The notes beneath the pieces were generated by a model. The model had not been told where the DNA came from. It saw only the letters and a program-made list of their open reading frames with translations, and made no database searches. Position numbers and translations under genes: made by a program. This document shows, in pieces, positions 34,461 through 43,863 of a DNA stretch of 43,863 nt. How positions within the stretch are numbered: the stretch's first letter is position 1; each line of letters opens with the position of its first letter. Origin of the DNA: Nemertoderma westbladi (taxonomy: Eukaryota; Animalia; Xenacoelomorpha); contig JAUCBJ010006931.1 of NCBI GenBank assembly GCA_032718475.1, forward strand, positions 1 to 43,863, written 5' to 3'.

Positions 34461-35149
34461 CAGGGCTATACACGACCTTTTTATGGTGAAAAGGCAATTT
34501 TTTTTTGCAGTGTACCAGTACCATGACTCACCCATGCGAGCCACGTCAATAGGCGCCTTGGCTCGCATGTACAGTGTACCAGTATGATAGAGACGGATGG
34601 GACCTACCAGACTGTCTGACAATTACAAACTGCATCCACCATATTGTAGCCAATATACAGTACAGTAGTACATTTCTGATTCTGCATATTACACAAAGGA
34701 TTGGTACTGCTATGTACATACGTTTTACAGTACGACCAGTTGAGCACATTATGAAATACATAGGCCTAGAGATGTCTGGCTCCCTCTTTATGGTACCGTA
34801 ACAGTCAGAACTTAATTGATTAGTTTAACTTATTCGTTTAGTGTTTTGGCTACATTTAGTGGCCAAAGCGACATGAACTGAAACTAGGTGGTTCTTTTTG
34901 TTGATTAAGGTTTTTTTTAACCATTTATGTACTTTATCAATTAGAGAGGTCTGGCTCGCTGAATGGTACCGTCGCATTCAGAACTTATTTCACTTTTCAT
35001 GGCTGTTCAGTGTTTTGGTTTAGTTGCTCATTCATCATTACTTATCACCAAATCAATTTTGCATCTGTCACTAAACACTACTGTCATAACGTAACTCTAA
35101 AAACTACGGGCCATATGCTCGTACTGTAGTTTTAGATACATCAGATACA

Positions 35150-35990
35150 TGCGACAAGGTAAGCTGACTGCCTTGGCAGATAAGCTTTCTCTTAGCGCAG
35201 TGGGTGTTCAAGAGCACCGAATGCAGACTGGACAGACTAATGAGGTTCTAATGAGGTACTGAAGGACATGGGGGGCGGTTGGCGACCCCCTCGCCCTCGC
35301 GTCAGCAGATGATAGTAGTGGCAATGGTGGAATTGGTCTATTGATGAATCCAACTGCACATGCAGCATTGGACAAAATAGATCAAATCTCTAACCGCATC
35401 ATCCGTTGCCACTTCTCATGTTCTGGAAGACTGGCTAAGAAGTTTCCTAAGGTGGTTCTGATTGTGTGCTACTCTCCAACTAGTGTTGCCCCTGTAGAGG
35501 AGGTGGAAAATTTCTACCACAATCTACAAGCAGCTACTGATGGAGTGGTTCAGCATGCATTCTTAACATTCCTGGGAGACTTTAATGCAAGTCTGCATCA
35601 ATCACCTACATCGCCCTGGGTCTATAGCCATAGTGTTAACCGAAATTCTGTCCATCTTCAGGATTTTATCTCTGGAAATGGATTGTTTTCGGCTGGAACC
35701 CAGTTCAAGAAGCGAACTGGAAAGCTATGGACTCATAGTGGACCCAGTGGTCACAAGTCCCAGATAGACCATATTCTGTTTCGTAGGAAATACAGGAGCT
35801 CTCATACAAGACTGTAATGCATTTACACTTCGACCCTTCTCCAGTGATCACCGCCTTATTGTGGCCAAGGTAAGACTTAGTCTGCGTGCTAGCAGAACAA
35901 CGAAATCTGCCTTGCCGCAGCATGACTGGTCCTCTCTGTTGCAACAGCCAAGTGTGAGATCCAGCTTCACACTACAACTGAGCAACAGGT
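35150..35990 (+). pseudogene. LINE (RTE-like) apurinic endonuclease fragment
   Basis: VGVQEHR, GGIGLLM, RII, YSPT, LGDFNA, QIDHIL, SDH. Contains stops and frameshifts. Confidence 0.8.
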
Positions 35991-36402
35991 ATCTATAGGG
36001 GCTGTTGCGCTGTCAGTCAGAGAGGTAACAGCCCATGGGGTAAGGATTTACCCATGGGGCGCTAACTATCAGATAGTCTGATACCAACTGTCAGACAGTC
36101 TTTTTCAACTATCAGATAGATGATCGCCCAGTTACAAGTTACCCGATAGTTGTATTTTTTAAACCCCGAGTGTTGTTGACGGAGTCTGTTACTTCCGAAA
36201 TCGTTGATCGTGGTGCCGGTGCCGGAATTCTGGCTTTGATTAAAAATACTGAACTGCTGAACGATGGCGGAATCTACGAAACCTGGCCGGATTCCTAATC
36301 CGAGGAGGCAACGGAGTCAATTAAACGTAACAATGAAACGATCGCGATGGACAATGGACTGATGGAGTCTATTCATTGTATCCAGAACGATACGATGGCG
36401 GC

Positions 36403-36705
36403 GGAGTCTATTACAGTATTAAACACGCAACCAAAGCGATCAGATGATGGCGAAGTAATCTACAAAACAGAGAACGACAGGAAGGCGATGGAGTTTCTGA
36501 GTTTATTAAACCCAGTAAGATGTGCATAGCAAAGCGATCGAGACGGATAACGGAGTCTATTACAGTATTAAACACGCAACCAAAGCGATCAGATGATGGC
36601 GAAGTAATCTACAAAACTGAGAACGACAGGAAGGCGATGGAGTTTATTAAACCCAGTAAGATGGTGCATAGCGAAGAGATCGAGACGGATAACGGAGTCT
36701 ATTAC
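36403..36705. repeat. ~149-bp direct duplication within a region of recurring GGAGTCTATT motifs
   Basis: GGAGTCTATTACAGTATTAAACACGCAACC... at 36403 and 36552. Confidence 0.85.
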
Positions 36706-37869
36706 AGAATTAAACCTGGAACGAAGACGGTGGAATCTATAGGCGTAAACCTGGAACAATGCGAACAAGGCTACTCCAAAGTTAGACTAGACTGGTTTGT
36801 GAGATTAACTTGCCAATACTAACTCAATAGGCCTACAATTTGCTTTCTTCGAATTCCTAATAATATATTTTAATCTTAATAATAAATTATTCAACATCAA
36901 TTATTTTATAAGTCTTGTCAATGTATAAGATTGCTAAAGACTAAAGAGCTAACTTTAGAAAGATCTGCCTTATATTTTTAGAATTATTATAATTAATTTT
37001 GTTATGTTTATAATGAATTGTATCTTTTGACAGACTACTTGATGTGCGACCGTGATAATAAAATTAAATGGTGCCGAAATATTTTCACTTACTTAACTGC
37101 AGGGGGGGGGGGGGGGGGGGGGGGGGCAATCAATATTCTTCCCTCTCCAGGTGAAAATCGCAAATAACGAAAATAACAGCTTGTTTACTACTAAAATAAA
37201 ACTGCATCCTGTTCTATAGGAAAAAACATTATAGGGAAAACTTTAGCAAGTTGTGTTTATTTTAGCCGATAGACAAGATTACATGTTTACCAAGTTTGGT
37301 ATAATTTAGTCAAAGATTGAATAAGTTACGATTTTAAATTATCAGTGGAGGGTGAAGGTGCCGGGGGCCAGGATTCAATTATACTTGAATAAAGAATAGT
37401 GATTAAACCAAGCAGCCAAGGGATACGCGATATATGACACTGCTGTATAAGTTCATTGAATGACTGTTGATTTCGAAACATTTAATTCAAAACTATATAA
37501 ATGTTAATATAATGTTGGATTTTTTTTTGTAATAATTAACAGATGAATTATATTTCATTAATTTATTTTTTTTATCTAATCACATTATTAAATAACGAAG
37601 CACAGAAATAATACTAAGATTGAATATTTAATTGAAGGTACAGTACCGAATTGAATATTTGAATGGGCGAATCTTTTAGGCTCGTTAAGCCAAGGAATGC
37701 CTGTTCACCACCATGGGTGATCTTTCACAGTAAACCCTTCCACTCTGTTTCCCAAGTTGCCTTGGTTCCCAATCGACCACTGAAGGATGAAAGCCGGGGT
37801 TGGGCTAGGCTGCAGCATTTAAAGCACTGTGCCCAAACAGTACTGCCCATCTAGGGATCGAACATTGAA

Positions 37870-38175
37870 TATTTGAGATTGAATAAGATAGAGTATTGAA
37901 TATCTTCGGACATCATCCCGTTGGTGACTCCATTGGCAACCATTTCGACAGTTTCGATTGGTTTCGGCTCTTCAGTCCCCGAATAGACCGATGGTCGGCG
38001 TGGTTGCTGTCCCCATGACTGAGGCTGCATTACCAACCAAAATTGCCATCTCCAGGCGTTGGAGCAGAAACTGGTGTGACCGCGGTTCGTGGGTGGCACT
38101 GTGGAGACGAGCCCCGATCTCCCAGAGGAAGGTGGATGACTCTGGACCAGGGCGGCCAAAGGTCTCAAAGGCCAC
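37870..38175 (-). pseudogene. 3' end of a CRE-like (REL-endonuclease) non-LTR retrotransposon
   Basis: AFETFG..G.....FL..IG.RL......R...FL.QRL..A...GNAASV.G, followed by an ATTCAAT-type tail. Confidence 0.7.
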
Positions 38176-38507
38176 GGGGTGAAATAAAAGGCCACGGGGT
38201 GAAATAAATGGCCCCGGTCCATTAGGTTGCGATAGTTAGAGTTTTTAATGTGCTCCGCCCCCTTAGGCAATGATGGTTTGTTGAAGGTGGCTGGGGGCCA
38301 GTGGATCTAGTAATAATTAACACAAAGATATGATTAGGTAGGCCTACGTGATATTACTGTATTAATTTCTCAAACCAAACCTCCATTGACGTCAAATATA
38401 TCCAATTTCTCAATCCATACTAATCCGTGTGTAGTAATGCAGTAATGTACACTGTAATGCAATACCGGTAATGTCAATGTCCAACCAAACAATGCGTTTA
38501 GTGTTAT

Positions 38508-39669
38508 TGTAAAAGCTTTTGTGGGATAACTGATTCGTTTGCCTTGCTAACCAGTTCCCCCCCAGTCGCTAGAATACTCTAAAAAGGGATCTATAACTCG
38601 AATAGCGCAAGCTACCGGCTGATTGGCTGATTCGCTGTGCGAAGGGATCTGGGCTACGTTTGATTGTCCAACCAGCTTGGGAAAGTATCTGCCTATAGGA
38701 TTTGAGTTGATTTTGATTTCGACCTATCACAGATCTACTGAACTGAATTTTCCTATCTTTATGCTCTTTCTCTGTGTTGGGTGGAAGCCTTTGTAAATAA
38801 GGTTATTCTTATCAGTTTTCAGTGTTGTTGGTCTTTCTTTCCTAAGCCAGGAGAGAACGGCTTGTAAATATTTTGTGCTTTTCTGTTTTAGTCTAACACT
38901 AGTAGGCTTAATTATAAAGGGCATATATCCGTTATCACAACACTTAATATCAAACTAATGAACTTAACGCACACTGAATTACTGTGCATACTTTTATATT
39001 GTTATACTGCTATTTACTGTCAGTTCTTCATAATATGGTTGATGAATTATTATATTTGGAATAACGATAAATAACCCCGAAACCCAATATTCTTGATATA
39101 CCGAAGGTAAGAGAGAAAGGTTACATATAACGATTGTGACTTATGTTAAAGTGGTTTGAAGTGAATCTAATGTTATTTGATAGACCCTACATGAGTCAGT
39201 CCGTGTTCCTTTTATATATAACTAAAATCAGTGAAGATCGGCAGATCAGTGTGCAGTATTGTGCAGCATTGTGTATGAGTGATACTGATAACGAAGCATT
39301 TCCTAAAGAATGCGCCATATATGTGAATTATAACTAAGCCATGTCGTTGTGAGTAGTTTAAGTCATAACTCTGTTTGTATAAATAGAGCGCCACGTCCTA
39401 AAGGAACTGTTAATATTCCCCGAAGGTGAATAATATTGTCAGAGATTATATAATACTGTCAGTCGAATAATACATTAGGCTTACATAGCAATAAGATTAA
39501 GCCGTCGAACCCAATCTCCCGGGTATATCCAGCGGGTGAATGATCGCGCACAGATTGGTTTCGACTAGTGTAGTGAATTAAATACTTGTCATAGACTAAA
39601 AGTGATTTATTATCTAGAAGACATCATAATTTGGCGGGTTAAACTGCCAAAGGTCTGAAAGCGCGAACA
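38508..39669 (+). mobile_element. 5' LTR of an LTR retrotransposon running off the right edge
   Basis: TGT...ACA termini, homologous to 1392-2625. No direct TSD (so not a solo LTR). Followed by a long leader and a large ORF. Confidence 0.8.
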
Positions 39670-40036
39670 ATAACGGATATAGCTTCTTTATTGCAGTAAG
39701 CAATAAAGTTGAAGTACCGGTCAACCGGTAAACCTGAACGGTGTATCTGTAGGTCAGTAGGCCCAACTGCCAGAACCGGTACTGCCGTAGGCCCGTAGGT
39801 CCAACTGCCAGAACCGGTACTTCTGTAGGTCCGTAGGCCTAACTGTCCTAACCGGTACTTCCCGTATAAGTACAGCAGTATTATTCGATTTGATTATATA
39901 TGCCGGTAGGTCTTAATAATTAATCGGGGACGCCTGGTTTTTATTGGGATTTTACTTAGGCCTATTTCTGTCAGTTTTATTTATTTGTAGGCCAGTATTG
40001 AGCAGAAGGCGTGTAAGCCTGATCAGATTGTGCAGA

Positions 40037-40610
40037 CAATTTGTAGGTTGAACTGTTGTCTGATTGCTGTTAGGTCTGAACGGATTGCAGTGTGTGTAGA
40101 TCACCTGTCCGATAAAGAACGGTTAGGAAGTAGGGGCAGCGAATGCTGTAAGGTAAACCCCCAACTAAAGAATAAGTCGTACTACTGGGTTAGAACGCAT
40201 ACTACCTAATTATTTCGGAGTCTGCATGTCCTGTAGTTTATTTAGGCTTGAGAGTAGTCTGCCATCGTTGAGTCTGTACTTTGTTTGTGTAAGTCTGTAC
40301 GGGTAGCGTATAATATTTATTTAGATAATTTGTAGGCTGGATAGTTGTCTGGCTGTTATTAGGTCTGAACGGATTGCAGCGTGTGTAGATCACTTGTCCG
40401 ATAAAGAACGGTTAGGAAGTAGGGGCAGCGAATGCTGTAAGGTAAACCCCCAACTAAAGAATAAGTCGTACTACTGGGTTAGAACGCATACTACCTAATT
40501 ATTTCGGAGTCTGCATATACCGTAGTTTGTTTAGGCTTGATAGTAGTCTGTCAGTGTTCGGTCTGCATTTTGTTTGAGTAGTTTGTACGCGTAGCGTAAT
40601 ATTTATTATT
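40037..40610. repeat. 289-bp tandem duplication in the retrotransposon leader
   Basis: GGTCTGAACGGATTGCAG at 40073 and 40362; the central ~130 bp is near-identical. Confidence 0.9.
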
Positions 40611-41923
40611 CAGAGTTTATGCGATTATTCGCAACATTCATTCCCCAAGTTTGTTCCTACAATAATTGTGTTTGTTATACATACCGCTATAGTTAAATTA
40701 ACCCCGGTACTACACGGGCTGCTTGGCGTAGGTAAAGACTGGTGATTTTGTGCATCGGTCACTCCAGCAGATGCCGTGGTTCTTTTAGCTGTTCAAGTAT
40801 ATTTAACTACAGATTATATGTTATACAAGTACTCGTACCTAATTTAGGGTTTAGTGTACAGTGCTTTCCGAAAGTAATTAGTGTAGGCATTACATTCGTG
40901 TTGTAAAGTGGTTGATAGGCACTTTCGATTAGCTCTATTAACTTCTAGGTGGGAACACTCCGTGATACATAACGTAGTACCTGTAGCGATACGGCTATAG
41001 GTCGTCAGGCGGTGGTATTTTCCTATCTGGACAACGCAGTGTACTTACTACTACGTATTATTTTCAAATACCGCAGTACCCTGTCAGTTGTAATAACCAG
41101 ATTTCTAACCCTTTGTTAGGCTGGTTTGTAGACTTCTTGTAAAATTACCCTAAAAATTAGTATTTTGTGTTTTTTGTAAATTTTTGTGTTTATTTAGAGA
41201 TTGTAATCTCACCCGAATTGTACGTAATTTGTAGTATTAAGTAACTTAGGTAAATTAGTAATTATTTGTTTTAGTGTCCTATAAGTAACACTTCACTGAA
41301 AGCGCACCGCTTTGTGTAGTGATTACTCCCCAGAAATAATAACATTTATTTCAAACATTGACAAAACCCATTAAAACGGGTATATATATATTATAAATCA
41401 AATCTAACGATTTATAAATAGTAGGCCTACCATACAACCATTAGGTCTCCATATCAGTTGGTCTACTGCTCAAATAGCGGTAATAAAGTAAGTAAAGTAA
41501 CCAAGTAACCCTAAAATTCAGAAATTCAATTATTTAAAATAATTGATATACCGGTATTTACGATAGGCCTATTATCTTTATTTCTATAAATTTAGGCTGA
41601 AATTATACCGGTACTTGTAATTAATTCTAGTCCAGAATTATATATACTACAAACTGTAAGCTGTATACCGGTATTCCCGATAGGCCTATTATATATTTAT
41701 ATATATTTGTGCTAAAATTATACCGGTATTCTGTGATAAACCTAGTCTGTAATAATACTTGTTATATATACTATAAGCATACCGGTATTCTAATATATTA
41801 TATATATCACGCTACACTGAGTAGCAGTACCGGTAATTAATTACTAGGCTAGCAGTTAATACTGAGTTACTAGACTTGCTCAGACTGTAATACAGCAGTA
41901 GACATTCAACTGTATACATAAAC

Positions 41924-43863
41924 ATGTCTGATACTAAGCAGAACCTGTCAGACAGTTTATTAGATGTAACTATCTGCGACTCAGATAGAGGCTTAGAACC
42001 GTCTAGTCGTAAGTTCAGTTCACCTCCCACTGTGAGGAAAGTCATCCCTCCAGTAGTAATAAAAGAACCTAGGCTGGTCCAACATCGTAGGTCTGTCATA
42101 GGCACTCGAGCTCAGGTCAAGCGGAACCAAGAAGCAGCGGAACAGCAACAACCCGCGAGCCAAGAACTTATTTCTCAGCGGCCCAACAGCTCCAGTAGTG
42201 AAGATACTGTAGAGCTGACACCCGAACGCGGAGCAAGGATGACGGATGAGGCTTATTCAGATCCCCTTCTCATCCTTCCTGCAGCCGTACTCACTAGGTT
42301 ATTGATCGCTGTGGAAGAACACCAGATCGATTGGGCGAGAAGCCAGCGTTCAACTAGAGATAGTTATGCTGGATACACAAGGGAAGAACTGAAGTCCATG
42401 GTCGAGTCGCAATGGAACTTTCCCGGACCCGGACTCCCGTTTGATTTATCCGAAGCTGCCTGGGAAGACATACACCGGATGGGAGTAGCCGAGGAAACCA
42501 TCGATCCAGCTGTGTGGAAGAGGTCCGCAGCCGGATACGCACAGGGATTCTTCAGCTCTATGGAGCGAGTAGAAAAACAACTGTTACAACAACCTCAAGG
42601 ACCTCAAGAGCAGGGACAGCTGCTTTATCAAGTAAGAGAAAGAATTCTACGAATCAGGTTAATATTATCGGCCTTTGAGGAGGCTTCTAAACGAAGACAA
42701 GACACGTCGTTGCAAGTTGCCGTAAAAACTTGGTTTCAACGGGTGAGTCGCCAGGTTCAAGGAACAGCTCAGTGGAAAGCTCAGCTGGAGGAGCGCTCAA
42801 CCCATGGAGAATCAACAGACGCTACTTATTCCCAAGTGGAAAGTGAAGCGACGGCAGAGAAACCGCATAAGAGGGATGCCATTGACATCTATCTGTCGGA
42901 CTATCAACGTTTTTTAGGTAATGACGAGTTGAGGAGAAGGTTAGAGGGACTTAGCCCTAATAGTGAAGGAACCAAGCTTGTGTTGGATGCCATCGATGTG
43001 GAAATGAGGGCAGCGAATCAGGCTAAATTCGATGAACAACTCCGCATCACACGAGTCCAAGAAGAGCAAGTAAAGAAAAAACGTATAGAAGACAGAAAGA
43101 AAGCGGCAGTGGTAGCTGCAGAAGCAGAAAGAAAAGCGGCAGCGGCAGAGGCAGCAGCAGAGGCAAAAGCGGCAGCGGCAGAAGCAAAAGCGGCAGCGGC
43201 AGAGGCAAAGGCGGCAGAGGCAGCGGCAGAGGCAAAAGCGGCAGAGGCAGCAGCAGAGGCAAAAGCGGCAGCGGCAGCGGCAGAGGCAAAAGCGGCAGCG
43301 GCAGCGGCAGCGGCAGCGGCAGAAGCAAAGGCGGCTGAGGCTGAGAGAAAGGCCGCAGAGGCAGTGGCAGAAGCCGAACGGAGAGCGACTGAAGAAACCA
43401 CCCAATTAGAATTGGAAAACATTCAGGAGAATCAAGACTGCATAAATAAACAGTTAACAGCTAGTAATATGTAGATGATGAATCGATCTACTCCCAAAAG
43501 ACAGGGATATACATCATCTGAGGAAGGCGATACCACCGATACTGAAGGCAAGGGAAATAGATCTCGTCTAAGTAGACGTAAAAGAACATTCCACCATCAG
43601 AAATTGCCTGATTTGCCTCCAGCTGTTAGAAGGCAACTAAATAACACCAACTTAGGTAGTACAGAGCCCACAGACCAAATAATTAAAATAGAAAGACTCC
43701 CTACCATAGTAGATGAGCCTGAAATAATTAGGCCTGTTCTTGAAATCACCCCTTCGGTGATAGACACACCTGTGCTCCCTGAAACTACCTCTAAATTCCC
43801 TCTGCATAGCACTAAGCTACCTGTGCCCCGTAGAACTGCCCAGGAGACAGTTCAGGTCCTAGA
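41924..43863 (+). CDS. Gag-like first ORF of the LTR element, with AEAKAAA helical repeat and an in-frame TAG at 43472-43474 (frame stays open to the window end)
   Basis: Position downstream of the 5' LTR; coiled-coil and Ala/Glu/Lys repeat. No capsid motif is recognisable within the window. Confidence 0.55.

Noticed and set aside
36347-36822. Two similar short ORFs as a gene pair
   Set aside because: Similarity comes from a 149-bp duplication; no recognisable domain.
1392-39669. The two LTRs as ends of one giant element capturing the Polinton and host genes
   Set aside because: Internal sequences lie outside the pair (PPT before the first, leader/ORF after the second), the LTRs are clearly diverged, and there is no shared TSD.
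42941-43422. Antisense Cys/Arg-, Ala- and Leu/Pro-rich ORFs
   Set aside because: Shadows of the GCAGCG repeat in the plus-strand ORF.

Overview
AT-rich eukaryotic (invertebrate-animal-like) genomic DNA. It is dominated by a complete 16.2-kb Polinton/Maverick (adintovirus-type endogenous virus) at 4520-20679, with AGTAGT termini, ~1.1-kb TIRs and a 6-bp CAGTGG TSD, inserted into a 5'-truncated RTE LINE. The element encodes pPolB, packaging ATPase, integrase, two tandem minor capsid proteins, core proteins, major capsid protein and adenain protease. Unexpectedly, it also encodes a divergent TATA-binding-protein (TBP)-like protein directly behind pPolB, next to an array of TATA-containing 67-bp repeats. 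A frameshifted ~570-aa right-arm gene is driven by the same TIR-embedded promoter. The rest of the window holds two host genes (a PAN/C-type lectin and a two-exon Ndfip), two related LTR retrotransposon ends whose LTRs share covarying RNA stems (one lacks a tRNA PBS and has a candidate self-priming site), two foldback/MULE-like elements with 9-bp TSDs, LINE fragments and minisatellites. All protein identities come from motif recognition by eye; no database searches were run.
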